Part shown: in pieces, positions 41,326-56,364 of the stretch | Position numbering within the stretch: position 1 is the stretch's first letter | Layout: every line of letters begins with the position of its first letter | Assembly (NCBI RefSeq): GCF_009914755.1 | Contig: NC_060933.1 | Source: the human T2T-CHM13v2.0 reference genome, Homo sapiens | Direction: 5' to 3' (one strand) | DNA length: 64,000 nt | Notes under the pieces: generated by a model | Seen by the model: the letters and a program-made list of their open reading frames with translations, nothing else | Database searches by the model: none | Told to the model about the DNA's origin: nothing | Position numbers and translations under genes: made by a program

Positions 41326-44300
41326 TGTTTGTGTATACAGAAACATTTCTTTGAATCTGTCGACTAAATTGGGGGGATTTATATAAACACACATATGCAC
41401 ACACACATCTCATAATAAACTCATAAGCAGAATTACACTATATATTGTTGTGAGACATGCATTTGCACCTGATGCAATTTCTTGGAGATCTTTTCAAAAC
41501 ACTATATATATAGATCTATCTTTCTTAATGGTTATTTGGCATTGCACAGTATAAATGTACCATAATGCTTTTAACTAATTTTTATTGATGGGCACTTTAG
41601 CTGTTTATAGCTATTTGTTATTACAAACAATGCCATAATGAAGATCTTTGCACATATATCATTGTGCCCAACTATGTGTTTCTATAAAACAGATACTCAG
41701 AAAAGAAATTGCTTGGTTAATGTTTTATGAATTTTAAAATTTTGATAGATCTACTAAATAGTTGCCTGTAGAATCTCTACCCGTTTACAATCCTATAATT
41801 GATGAATGGGAGATCCTATTTTTCTACATCTTTCATGTTCATTACTGCCAATCTAGGATAGGAAAAATAACTCATTTTTGTTTGGATTTGCATTTCCCTT
41901 GTTACTGATTAGGTTCAGCATCTTTTCATGTTACGGTCACTTGCATTTCTCCTTCTATAGATTATCCATTAATATGCATTGACCATTTTTCTATTGTGAT
42001 ATTTGCCTTTTTCTTTGTGTTGGTTTATATATGCTCAATATTTTCTGGGTAGTTATCCTTCACCTTCCATATATATTAAAATTTTTTTCCAGTCTGTGCT
42101 TGTATTTTAATCTTGCTTTTGATATCTTATTACCTCTTTCTTCTGGTCTTTGTGTCTGAAATTTGTGCAATGTTTAGAAACCCACAAGACGATAAAATAT
42201 ATTTCTGTATATTATTGTAGTATTGTATATGTTTAAAAAAATCTTTGGTTATTTAATATGCATGGCATTTAGTTTTGAATGTAGTGTGAGTGTTTATTTT
42301 AACTTAACTATTTTTTAAAATGGGTAGCCAATTGTCTGAAGTGTCTGACCTTTCAACAACAAATTTGAAATGTTATTTTTTTTTTACACGTGCAATCCCT
42401 ACATATGCCATATATACATGGTTGGTGTTTTTCCTGTTTAATTATCTGTATATTCCTGCAGTAATTCCAAGCTGTTTTAATTACTATAGCTTTATAGCCT
42501 GTTTTGGATATAGTAATAAAGTAATACTCCTCCCCTTCATCAACACTAGTTTTCTATTTCCAAATTTCCTGACTGCTCTTCCATATTTTTCCTTTCAAAT
42601 GAATTTCAGAATGGGCTTATCAAATTATATGCAAATCCCTAGTGGAATTTTGGGTGGCATTGCTTTGAATTTGTAAACTAAATTGGGGGAAGATTTTAAT
42701 ATTAATTTTATTTCATTTTCTTTTATTTAATATATACGTTTTGCGAGTTAACTCTGTGCTGGGCGCTTCTGATAAGTGTGACAAAGACATCTTGCATTAA
42801 CCACACTGTGTCCTCTTCCTGGACTTGCATTGCATTGGGTCCTCTTCCTGGACTTACATGTCTAAGCCTGTCTTGCAGTTGGGCTGAAGGGGCCATGTAA
42901 CTGGATTCTGAATAATGGAATCTATGCTGACATGATTCAAGTCACTGCCAGAATTAGTCTTTTCAAAACATCCTGTGATTTTTCAAGCTGCCTCTTCCCT
43001 TGTTATGGCAAGCTTGGAGACCATGCGTTCCCGATGCATTCTACAGGATGGAGGAAGACTGCCACAATTACAATAGACCGTGCACAAATAAGAAACTAGC
43101 TTTTGTGCACAAGCTTCTGGTTGGGGGAGGGGGCTCATTTGCTACAGGAAGAAAGCTTATCTTATCCTAATACAGCATCTTTATAATTTGGAGTTCTCTA
43201 ACTGAGAAACAGTTTGTATCTCTATTTATCAACTGTTCTTTTAAAACATTTGGTGAAGTTTTTGACTTTTTGTTATAAAGGTTTTGCACGTGTCTTTTGG
43301 AGGTTATTCATGGGCATTTATGAAAGGCACTATGCTGTAGAGGTTTATCGAAGTATGTTTTGGATCCAGACTAACAGAGTCCAAATGCTGAGTCTGCCAC
43401 TTACCAGTTGTGTGACCTCGGACAAACTACTTAACCTCTCTGTACCGCCTTTGCTTATCTATAAAGAAGATCATGTGTGCCTTTTAGAGTGAAAATTCTA
43501 CTGTTGCAATCTTTTAAACTTCAGAAATAGGATCAGTTTTTCATTTATGCTTTCTTTTATGTTTTCTACATAGTTATTACTGACTTGAGAAAAGCTGTTA
43601 CTGATTTTTCGAAGTTGATGTTGCATCCTACGAACATAAAGAACTTAAACATTCTAACATGTCTACTAAATTTTTCTAAATGGAGAGCATATATTTGCTC
43701 AGTTTGGGTATTAGGATTATGGAATAAGTTAAAAAACTATCCTTTTTTGTTTCTTTCTCTGGATCAGTTTATATAAGATAGATGTTATCCATTACTTGAT
43801 AATTTGATAAGTCTTGCCTATAAAATCCCCTGGGCTCGATGGCTTCTTTTCAGTTGTAGATATTTAGCTCTTATCATTTATTTCCTTATTATCTGCCTAT
43901 TTAGATTTTCTATATCCTCATGACTCAAACTTCGTAATTTATATTTTCTAACATTATAATGTATTTTATCAAGACTTTCACATGTATTGGTGTAAAGTTC
44001 TATGCAGTGTTCTCATTAAATTTCTTTTATCTTTTATGTTTCTATAGTTAAGGCACTAGCTCATTCGTAATGTGTTCGTGTTCTTTCTTTGCTCTCTCCT
44101 TTGAATAGGCTTTTTGTATTTTGTATTTTATTGGTGAGCTCCCTTTTTTCTTTTCTATTTAATTTATTTCAGCTTTTATTTAATTCCTTCCTGCTGTTTT
44201 ATCTGACTTTGTTTTATAATTCTTTTTATGGCTGCTTAAGTCAAATGCCTCATTTGTTTATTTTCAATCTTTCTTGCTTCTTAATAAATGTCTTGAAGCT

Positions 44301-44540
44301 TCTGACTGTGGCTTTGCCCACACCCCATAAGTCTGACGTGCAGCCCTCATGCTCCTGCTCATTTCTAATGAGGTGAAAATTTGAGTTTGATTTTTTCCAT
44401 ATCCAAGTGTCACTTAGAAGATATTTAAAAATATAATTCCAAAATAGATAATTTGTTTGTTCCTCTTTTTCTAATATTACTGCATTTTTAGACTAACAGT
44501 GTAGTTTGTATAATTTCTATGTTGGTAAATTTTTGAGATT
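41180..44540 (-). mobile_element. Fragmented ancient L1ME-type element with MLT1 and MIR insertions
   Basis: T-rich antisense L1 motifs (ttattgatgggcacttt, atttgcatttccct, ttttgggtggcattgctttgaatttgta); (TG)n at about 41293-41330. Confidence 0.75.
42800..43174 (+). mobile_element. MLT1J/I-like MaLR LTR
   Basis: gggccatgtaactggattctg...tttgctacag...ctaataca; gtcctcttcctggactt occurs twice locally. Confidence 0.6.
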
Positions 44541-45199
44541 CTAAGGTAGTCACAAGTTGAGATTTTAGAGCTAACTAAACTTGAGTTCAAATACAGGTTG
44601 TGCCATCTACCAGTTACATGACCTTGATCAAGTCTGCTAATTTCCGCAGGCTTTGGTGTCATAATCTATTAAGGAAAATGACAATCCTTATCATGGGGAT
44701 GTGAAAATTAGAGATAACTTATACAAAAGATGAAACTGTATCTCTCATATAGTATTCAAGTAATGCATCAGCTATTATGCTTATTATTGTTATTGTTGTT
44801 GTTACTTAGTCCATTAACCCATTTACATATCCCAGGAAGTATAAATTTATTTCTATTGGTTCTCATATCCTAGTTGCTGGCCTCTATCTAGATCCAGATT
44901 TCTGAAAGTTGACATAGTTGCCATTCTTTGATTCCTTTTTTGTTTTTCTGCTGCTTCACAGTGTATGTTTGAGAACTTCTTATGTTGCATTCATTGGAAA
45001 TAAGGTATACATATAATTTGTATATATTTTTACATGTGGAATTATCATATAGAAGTTAAATATATGCATTATTTGTGTGTGTGTCTCTGAGTGTGTGTGT
45101 GTACATACACACGTATTTGCAAAGCTCAGTCCCACATTCAGGATCCCAAAGTTTAGTGGAATGCTTTTGTATATATGACCTGGTTTGCTCCTTATAACC

Positions 45200-45658
45200 T
45201 GTAATAGGTAGAATAATGGCCTCCTCAAAATGCCCACATCCTAATCCCGAACACCTGAGGTTATCTGACATGGCAAAGGAGACTTTGAAGATGGGATTAA
45301 GTAAAGAATTTTGAGCTGGAAAGATTATCCTGGATTACTTGGGTGATCTCAATGTCATCACATGTTTCCCATAAGAGGGAGATAAGCGTGTTAGTCAGAG
45401 GAGGAAATGCAACTTAGAAGCAGAGGAGAATAAGAGGGGAGCAGAGTAACGGACCATGAGTCAATGAATGCAGATGCTCCCTAGCAGTTGGAAAAGGCAA
45501 GGAAATAGATCTTCCCCTAAGGCCTCCAGAAGGAATGCAGCCCTGCCACTGTCTTGATTTTAAGAATATTGACCTTGAGAACTGTAAAATAAAGTGTGTT
45601 ATTTTAGGACACTAAGTTTGTGGTGATTCATTACAGAAGCAATAGGAAATGTGAGACA
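45200..45658 (+). mobile_element. MLT1C/D-like MaLR solo LTR
   Basis: tgtaataggtagaataatggcctcc...gattatcctggatta...gcctccagaaggaatgcagccctgcc...gcaataggaaa. Confidence 0.88.
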
Positions 45659-46714
45659 CTCACAGGGAGGTATTGTCTCCACTTTCAGATGAGAAAATTG
45701 AGGTTTACAGAAGTTGAGTGACTTGCCCATGGAGGTATGTCTAGTCAATAGTGGTGCTGGGAATCAAAACTTAGGAGCTCAAGACGTGTGTGTGAATGTG
45801 AGTGTGTGTGTACGACTTTAAGCATATCACAACTGTGGATTTACAGTGATTTTTCTTTTCCCTGTGGGTGGGAAAAGATTGTGGCTTGCAGGAGAGATTC
45901 AGGGGGAAAAAAATTCCCATCCTTGTAAAGGAAAATGATCCCCTGAGTTTTGAAACAGGAGCAGTTCTCCCCCGCCGAGCCACCTAAGGGCATAGGAAGG
46001 TTTATGCTAAGGTCTATTTAGTTGTTGGGTTTTTTTTAAATTTTATTTTTGTACTATGACACATAATTATATAGCTTCTTTAGAACATTCTGTCATCTGG
46101 GAGATTTTCCTACAGAAATTCTAAAGAGTGTAGGCTCACAGGAAACCAGCCAAGATCTACATGAAACTCTATTTATACATGTGCCAAAATGAAAAATATA
46201 AAATAAGTGCAGAGATACATACCGGGCATTTTAGCTGAAGGCAATGGATGTGTTACCCTTAACACACCCATCACATTATAGAGAATACCAAAACTAGATG
46301 GGATTTTAGAGAGTGCACCATAAAACCTTCTATGTGTTTAGCTCAGAGCATGTTTTATTTAATCCTCATAGCAACATTGTGAGATGGGTACTTTCATTCC
46401 AACATTGTCACAGAGGATCCTGAGGCTTGGGACATCTAAGCTCACTAATCAAGGTCACATGAGCATTTTGGAAAAGCCAGAACCTTGACTTGGGTCTTCT
46501 TACTCCAAATCCTGTGCTCCTTCCAGTTAATTACAAATGACCTCTTCCTATCTGTTTGTTGTTTGAAGGAGAAAATTGAGACTGACAGACAAATGGTATT
46601 GTGTACAAACTCTCAAAGCAAAGTATTTCTTTTTCTCATGTATTTTTTCCTTATTTATTAATTTATTCTTCAATGGTTTGTGGAATCAACAGAATTATCA
46701 AAATACATATCCTA

Positions 46715-47298
<584 letters not shown>

Positions 47299-48537
47299 TC
47301 ATGGGAATCTTTTTCACCAACACCCTCAGGATTGTCCCAACATTAACCAAACGAAGATCAGAGGAGGTGTTCTCTGAGCGGTCTTGGGTTGCAGGTTTTA
47401 TTCAAGGGAAAATTTAGAGTTTCTAGAAAAAGAAAAGAAAGAAGTGAATAGAAAATGGAATTCCATGGGAAACTCTGGATTAATTATATAGCAGATTTTA
47501 TCTAGTCTAAGACCCCTAATAATGGTAAGAAACACTCTCAGTTTACATAACACTAAGAAAGAAACAAGGAAAAAAAAAAGACTGCCAAATAAACTCTGTC
47601 AAATCATTAAAACTAAGATACCTTCCCACTTCAGAAATGTTAAAATGTGGAAAATATGGGCACTTTAGAATCAATGAAATATGTTTCTCCACTGCATGAT
47701 TTGGGAGAGCCTTGACTATCCCCAGGCACACTGGGAACCTGTAAGAGGCAGGTAGGAGTGCAGATTTTTCCACATGGGAAACTCTGAACATTTAGTTTGT
47801 TGTTGTTGTTTAATATTTGAATGTCTCATGGAACTAATGTTCCATACAATCCACACTGGAAAATAGCTATCCAAACAAATGGATGGATATTACGTGTTTC
47901 CATCAATTGTCGGTGAGCATTTTTTACACCTGAGCTTTTACAAATGTTTAAAAAGAAGAGAAAACAAGGTTATAATGTTTGACAAGAACCTGGCATGAAA
48001 GTATTCTATGTTAACGATTAGAAGTAAAATTCACGTTCTCCAACCAGAAATGAAAGGGGTAAGGGCTCAGGCTTTAACCTAAAAGGTGGAAACCACAATA
48101 AAACAAGTGCCTGAATGAATTCCCCCATCTCCCACCAACTCTTCCACTTGTTACTGATAATCAAAATGAAGGCCATTGTCTCTGTTCTGTCGTTCAGTGT
48201 TTTCTACTGTTAGACTAGACTTCAGCTTTGACAATGAAAATACGTGGCTTCCAGTTACTATGCATATTAAACATGTTTATCTCCTTTCCCTCTTAAAATT
48301 ACATAAAGAGAATATTAGACAGAGAGGCTATTAAGGACTATTTGAGGCTGGATGTGTTATTTGAGCTAATGTGTTTTTAGGGCACTTTCATTTAAATTGG
48401 AAGCAAGAAGGTTGGGATATCTCAAGCTTCTATCCCAATTTTACCTCCTAACTGGCCGTGAGTGCCCCCACCTTGAGGGCCTCAGTTTCCTCCTCTAAAT
48501 GATCTGAAAAATACTGAAACTTAAAAAATGTTAATGA

Positions 48538-48866
<329 letters not shown>

Positions 48867-49261
48867 TTACATAGGAATATATGAGAAATAACTCTCTTAG
48901 CAAATAACGGCAGAAAAAGGTGTATAACTCCTGAAAACAAAACAAAACAAAAAAACTACAACTTTCCTTTTCTCATACAAGGACAACTATATAATCCACT
49001 ATGGGTATTTTTTCTCTTTCTCTGTTTACTTTGGTTGCCAAGAAGCACACAGCCAAATTTATCTCATGTTGAGTGACTCTTTCATTTTGAGCTTCTGAAA
49101 CCATTTTCTCTCCCCTCCTTAAAATGGCTCTGATGATTCCTATCTTTATATGAATAGCCTTTTAAAAATATATTGTCTTTATGTGAGTAAAATAAGTTCT
49201 CTTGGAAGTGTGCATGGTAGACTCTGTAAACACATACACACACACAAAACAGACAAACTTT

Positions 49262-49274
49262 GTTGCTAGGTAAC
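49262..49274. promoter_or_regulatory. Candidate RFX X-box
   Basis: GTTGCTAGGTAAC, an imperfect palindrome matching the RFX consensus. Confidence 0.4.
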
Positions 49275-50026
49275 TTGCCAAGGTCTTCACAGGAGGTGAT
49301 GCCCTCTCACCTATAAGACTGGTTCTAAGGATTTATTCTACAGGCTTTAGCTTAGTGTCCAATGACCTTCTCAATCTATCTTGAATTCACCTGCTTCTGT
49401 CTACCATTCTGGTACTTGTGCTCTGTCAATATCAATCAGGACCCAGTGAGGCTTAGGCACCTCTTTGCCCCTGCTGGAGAAGAACTCTACTCAATGATTA
49501 TTTGCACCTAATAAAAGACCAGGCACAGAGTAGTCACAACAAATCTTAGGCGGATGAATTCTTTAATTCAATCATTATGGTTCTAAATAAGTCTTTGGGC
49601 CAAGCAGTGGGAATGGCAATGAAGACATGCAGATGCCTAGGATGTAGTCCCTGCTCATGAGGAGTTCACAGTATGACAGAAACAGACAGGAATGCAGGTA
49701 AATCAACCAAGCTATGAGGCTATCACAGGGAGAGCCATGGGGCCTGTGCAGCCCCAGAGAAAGGATGATTTACTCTGTTTTGGAGAACGTAAACTGATGA
49801 GAGGGCAGCCAGCCAGAGGTCCAGTCTCCAAGAGATGTCAAGATTTCACTGGGATAAATAAGAATTTGAGACAAAATGTAAATATTCCTTTCCCTTGTAG
49901 GTAGAAATGAAAATAAATAAATAAATAAATAAATAGACGAGGGAAAATGTCATTTCTATATAGGCCCTAACCCCATGCAACATTCAGCCAATATTTAAAT
50001 AGTATCCATTTGAAAGGATGAATATT

Positions 50027-50372
<346 letters not shown>

Positions 50373-50779
50373 TCACACCTGATGCCTCTTAGGGCTCAGA
50401 GAAGGCTTGCTGAAAAAGTGATGCCTGAATTGAAACTTGGAGGCGAAAGCTAAAGGGCCAGGGACAAATGGGAGTCAGTGGGGGTACAAAGGAGAAAGAG
50501 ACAGGAGACAGAGGGAACAGTGTTGTGAAAACTCCAGAAACTGAAACCAGGAGGCTTAACTTAGGAAGAGGAACCTAGCTGGAAATGAAACTGGAAAAGT
50601 CAGACTGGAAACTTCTTTAGCCATGTTAATGGAGGAACTTTGCTTAACAACTATTAATTGAAAACCTACTATGTGCCAGTCACTGTTTTAGCTCCTGGAG
50701 ACAAAGTAGTAAACAAGAGATAAAATCCAGTAATTACATAATTAAATGAGATGGTTTTATACTTATTAGACTAATTATA

Positions 50780-51212
50780 ATTATGGTTTACTGAGTGCTT
50801 AACTATGACAGCTCCTGTGCATGTATAATTTCATTTAATCTTCACAATGGTGCTACAATCACTTCTAATTCTACATGAAAGAGCATAGGCTCAGAGAAAT
50901 TGAGTGGCTTGCCAAAGATCACATGACTAGATGTGGCCAGAGGTCAGCAATGACATCAGATCTGTCTTGACTGAGCCTGGAACCACAATACCTAAGTTTC
51001 AATCTCAACAACCTCACTTACCAGATATGTGACCTTGGACAGTTACTGAGCCACTCTGTGCTTTTTTTAAAAAAAAAAACATAAAATGGGAATCATAATA
51101 GTAACATCGCTTGTAGAATTGTTATGAGAATTGAATGAGCTAATGTACCCAAAGCACTTAGAACAGTCATGGTACGTAGAAAGTCATTAGTAAATGTTAG
51201 CTGCTATTATTA
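50780..51212. mobile_element. Two MIR SINEs in opposite orientation
   Basis: Minus-strand core ggctcagagaaattgagtggcttgcc; plus-strand core gtgaccttggac...aaaatgggaatcataatag...taaatgttagctgctattatt. Confidence 0.75.
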
Positions 51213-51689
51213 ACCTGGTTGCAAACAGATTTATTAAACCTTCTCCTACCCAGAACACTCTTAGGAAGGTCATAGAGCTTTGAGCAAGTTGGGAAGGTCC
51301 CCTTGATAATGAGTTTATTTTGTTTTCCCTGCTTAATTCAATAGCATCCCACTTCTCTCTGGACCATCTCTCTCACAAGTATCTGCTAATAGCTTTCATT
51401 GTTTACAGTGCTTCTAACAAGTGTGGTAACTTCTCATTTGCATTCCTAATAGACAGTTTCCAAATCCTGTTGAAACTGCAGTTGGTTTTAGGATGCCTGG
51501 GTTTTGTTTTTTGTTTTTTTTGTTTTTGTCCTATTTATTACCATTTGGATGGGTTTTAACAGCTCACCACACACTCTCACCCATTCAATCTTCTTTAAGA
51601 CGCTCACAGTCCTTTCACAATATATTAACAGATTAGTCCTGTCTAGTGCATCAGGTCACTAGCAAATGTTATTAGAATCACTTAAGTTA

Positions 51690-51890
51690 ATTTATTTAAC
51701 AAACACATACAGTGCTAATTCTGTGCAGGACATTGTTCCAAAGCATTTCACAAATATTAATGTAAATGGTAATATATTTAGTCCTTATAACATCTCTATA
51801 GACAGATATTACTATTATCCCTGTTTTACAGATGAGAAAACTGAGGCACAGAGACATAAATTAACTTGCTGAAGGTTACACAGCAAGGAG
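51690..51890 (-). mobile_element. MIR SINE
   Basis: ttttacagatgagaaaactgaggcacagaga core. Confidence 0.85.
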
Positions 51891-53629
51891 ATGTTGAGCC
51901 ACATCACTAGTCATATGACCTTGGGCATGTTTCTTAGCCTTCAGAGGGTAACAAATATGAAATACTTTCCTCTCTTCAGAATTATCATTATATTAAGGTA
52001 GGTATTAAAATTTTACTGGTGAGAAAATGGAAGGTCAGGGGTCCTGAAAGGCTTGCCTTATGGCTAAGGGAGAGTGGCAGAGCTAGGATTACAATTCGTG
52101 TCTTTTGAATCCACGGTTCCCTGTAATGTGCTGTGGATGGAAGGTGGTAATAGTTTCTGATGTCAAAATCCATTATTGCTGCTCCTGCTGCTGTTACTGT
52201 TATTATTTACCACAGAAGAACAGCCCCCACCCCACCCCAAACACACAGAGAGAAAAATAACAATGACAAGAACATGGCTGATTCTGGATGCAGCCTGCAG
52301 ATCTAAAGCCATGCATAATTTACTCAACACTGCCCTGCAGTCACTTAAGCTGAGGAGAGATCGCTATAAATTCAGGTCTGCATACCCTAATTTATTTCTT
52401 ATTTATTTTGCTGATACATATCTAGGGCCTCCAGTGAGCTGCTTCTACACCTGCACAAAGGCACCTGCAGCCCTAAGTGCAACTAGGGCAGGAAAGGAGA
52501 CCTTGAAATAAGCCCTGGAAGAAAAACTGGACTCTACACACTAGAATCATACAAGTTTAATTCATTTTTCTGGTAAACTGGAATTAAACCCATGCCCACA
52601 CTCACCCCCTATTTGTGAAACACAGGACTGAAAATGTTGTTACATGTCCTGTTCTGCTTTTCTATCTTAGTAAAGACAGCATTAAATGTACTTCTTCCAT
52701 GAGTACAAGATTATTTTTCTGAGTCACAGAATGTCAAAAGATAAGCAAATATTCTAATACTAAGACATAATCAGAAAGGGAATGAAGAGAAGAAAAAAGT
52801 CTGTTCTTGTAAGTGATTACTAAGGACCAAATGCTATATGCAAGGTGCTGTCAAAGGCAGAAGTAATGGCCATTGCAGTCTTTAAATGGAAAGCAATGTA
52901 AGTTGGAAGAAATGTCAGCCATCCTTCCCCAAAGATCTCTTTTCACAGATGGTCAAACTGTGGCCCAGGGAGAGAACATGACTTGTCAGAAGTCACTCAG
53001 CAAGTTGGTCCCAACGTGTTCCCCTTTTAGCCTCATACTTATTTCAAAAGTCAGTTTGAGTCCTTCAAGAGCCAGAGCTGTCCTACAAGCTTCACCTGTG
53101 TTGTTTCCTTTAGCCCTCCCCTCCTCCAGTTAATTGTCCTTACAGATACGGACATTAGGACACAGAAAGGCTGAACAGTGCCCTCACATTGCTACATTCC
53201 TGCTGAAACCAAGCTTGAAGGCTGGACTTAGCCTGTGCTTTTATGCACCATACCTGAAGCCTTTGTGAACCTTCAAGACGTCTGCTTTTGTCTCCAAACT
53301 GCACTGACTAGGCCCATACAGGTAGATTCAGAAGGGCAGGAGGCTTCAGCAGGAAAAAGCTCCTGGCTCTAGGATGAGGCCTGGGCATGGGTTATATTTA
53401 TTACATTTATTAACCCAATCTTTATTTTTCTCATTTTTTTCTTTTTTAACCCACCCAACAGAAGGTTATACTTTTGGCTTTTGGCTCTTGGACTAAAACA
53501 GGAAAGGCAGAAAGGCCATTTTATTGAAGGTCAAGGTTCAGCCTTGCTGAGCTGTAGTGTCTGATCATTTTCCCATGCATCCCTCACTTCTGTAAATGGG
53601 GCACCTGGGCCTTGGGGACAGAGACTCAC

Positions 53630-53796
53630 CCGCAGAACATGAAGATGGTGCTCGAAGTGGCATCGTAGGGCAGGGGCAGCGTCTGCTGCAGGCACAGCTG
53701 CTCACAGCCGCCATTAAAGCCATCAGAGCAGTCAATGCCTTTGGAGTGGTCGTAGCAGCCAGAGCCATCCTTCATGGGTTTCAGCTCCTCAGGGCA
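53630..53796 (-). CDS. ASTN2: ASTN2 internal coding exon, 167 nt, phase 0 to 2, EGF-like Cys-rich segment
   Basis: Minus strand reads ctctctctgagcag|TGC...TGC GG|gtgagt. Translation [55 protein letters not shown](G) is recognised as astrotactin-2. This frame is not in the ORF track. Confidence 0.96.
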
Positions 53797-53899
53797 CTGC
53801 TCAGAGAGAGGGCAACAGGGTAGTTATGGCTTGGGAGGTTGTAGGCCCCATCACACCCTCTCCTCCCTCCTGGAAGAGACATGTGTCAGGGCCTGACAG

Positions 53900-54430
53900 A
53901 AAGGTATTCAGTCTCCTTTTGTCAGTTAATAACTTTGTGACAAGTTCCACAAGTCCCTTTACTTCTCTGAACCTCAGTGTGCCCACCTGTAAAATGGGAC
54001 TTTTGTGACTATCTGCTTATAGTGTTGTGAGAATGAAGGGTGATAATGTCAGCAAAGTGTTGAGAACACTGGCTCACACGGCAACAGCACAGCAAATGTC
54101 AGCTGCTGCTAATATTGATATTGCTGGGATCATATTCATTATTGTTTCTACTGTTATTGCCCTATAGGGTCTACTGCTAGAAGGGTCACATAGGGAGGCT
54201 GCCAGATATATATTTAAAAGCCTCTACCAGTATGAGTGTAATTTCCAGCTTTTCCTCTTCTCACTGTGTGACCCGAGAAGTTACTTGCCGTCTCTGAGCC
54301 TCAATGTTCTCATCTAATAAATGGGCACAATACCTGCAACTACAGATTTGTTGTGAAGCTTAAGTTGGATCATGGGGGTGCATACCTTACTTCGGAATTT
54401 GGCACATAATTTGGTACTCATAAAATGTGA
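53900..54430 (+). mobile_element. Two MIR SINEs just upstream of the exon acceptor
   Basis: ctctgaacctcagtgtgcccacctgtaaaatggg and ctctgagcctcaatgttctcatct cores. Confidence 0.75.
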
Positions 54431-55763
54431 ATTACCTTCCTTCCTGTCTTGAATTAGTCTCTTCTTCTCCACCATTATCCCTGGAGCCCTAAGTAAGATT
54501 CCTGCATACTCACATCACCATGAAAAGGGCTCCTAGCCAGTCTGCTGGACTCCAGTCAGGCCTTCTCAAAACCATCCTCCAAATGGCCAACAGAGTGCTA
54601 TTTCTAAATAGCATCACTCCCCAGCTTAAATAAGTAAATGAATCTTAAAACATGTGAAGCTGCTATAAACTGATAATCAAGGTCCTCCCTTTATAGACAA
54701 CCTAGTCCTCTGCTTGGCCATATGCACAGCCCTCCCCATAGCCCTCTGGTCCCTAAGTAAACTCCAAGGAGTTCAACCTTCAATGGCCTCAGCTAGAACG
54801 CTCTTGTCAGTGGGTCTGGCACCTGCTATGTGCTCCTTCAGTGGAAAATCATATACTGTGGAGACAGATGGCTATTGATTAAATTTAGTTTTCCATCATT
54901 TGATGAGGCTGAGCTCATCTTCTCCATCCCAGCTGATGGAGAAGTAGTTCCAATACTCCTGCTTTCAGAAGAGAAAATGAGGTACTGGGTTTTTATTTCA
55001 GTCCTCCCGCTGGCATTTCTTGTCCACAAAGATTAACACCCAGAGCCCAGCCTTCCTCATCCATCACCGGACATCACTGATTAAAATGCCTTCCCACCAT
55101 GAGACCCCACCGGCCAACTCCCCGCTCCCCTTCCCATGCCATCGTCCTAAACAACATCAATAATAAAACATACTCACAAAAATTAATTTACAAAAACCAC
55201 AATAACAAAAAAAAAAAGGTCAGCCCTCTTGGAAATTAAATTTTGCCTGAGAAGAATTTGTAATTACAAATGCATGAGAGAGTTCTTCAAGACATTTGAG
55301 ACTGGCGCCAGGAAGAGTGACGGAGAAAGTAGGTTATAAATGGCCTTTGTCAAGCTGCAGAAAGGTTATAAAACTGCTGCATTTTGTGCTTAAAAAATCA
55401 ATTTTCCATGTGAGTGAAGTGCTGTACATATTAATACAAGCTCAGAGGAAGCCCCTGCTTGTCTCTGAACATTCACTGTCAGACAAGAGGGCACCTGGTC
55501 ACAGGGTCATTTGGAGCCGTTTGTGAGTACTGGGGCCTGGCTTCAGTCTGTTTGCAGACTCGCGGAGCATGTTGAAAAGAATGACTGATTTTCTGACCAG
55601 GTAACAGGAGACACCTGGGCAGGGTATGGTCTCAGTCCTTCCCATCCCCCAATGATTCTCTACCACACTTGTTTTTTTAAACGTGTTCACTAAGCTCCAG
55701 GTTTTATCTAAGCGCTTTACCCGTTTTAACTTATTTAATCCCTATAGCAAATATATGAGGTAG

Positions 55764-56222
55764 AGTGGTAGGCTGATAATGGATCCCAAAGACATGTCTC
55801 TGTCCTAAGCCCTGGAACTTGGAATCTGTGAATGTGACTTTCTATGGTAAAGGTTATGCAGATGTGATTGTGTCAAAACTCTTGAGGACACCCTCCTGGG
55901 TTTTCCAGATTGGCGTAAATGCCATCACAAATGTTCTCATGACAGAGAGGCAGAAAGAAATTACACACACAGAGGAGAAGGCGATGTGGGGGTGGAACAG
56001 AGATTGGTGTGATGTGGCCACAAACCGATCGATGCTGAGGCCACCACAACCTGAAAGAGGTCAGGCACAGATTCTCCTCTAGAGCCTCCAGAAGGAGCAC
56101 CACCAGAAATCAAATGCCAGCACCTTGATTTTGGATTTCTGGCCTCCAGCACTAGGAGAGAATAAATTTCTTAATAATTATCTTAAGCCACTGAGTGTGC
56201 AGCAATTTCTTGCAGCAGACAA
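55764..56222 (+). mobile_element. MLT1B/C-like MaLR LTR inserted in a MIR
   Basis: ggtaggctgataatgg...gattctcctctagagcctccagaaggagcac...ttggatttctggcctccag...aataaatttc. Confidence 0.85.
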
Positions 56223-56364
56223 GGTAGGTACCGTCAGGATTCCCACTTTGCAGAGGAGGAAGCGGAGGAGAGGGTCACACAGTTTGGTGGTGACAGAGGC
56301 AGAGCTTCTCAGGCTTCCCAACTTTGTTGCTATTAGCTGCCTAATGGGCAAGCCACTTCACCAC

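Noticed and set aside
49466-49477. CTCF-like site (minus strand CCAGCAGGGGCA)
   Set aside because: One G short of the core spacing; a similar weak match at about 33575 was also rejected
53565-53823. Track ORFs 53565..53768 (-) and 53596..53823 (+)
   Set aside because: Off-frame or antisense shadows of the real ASTN2 exon
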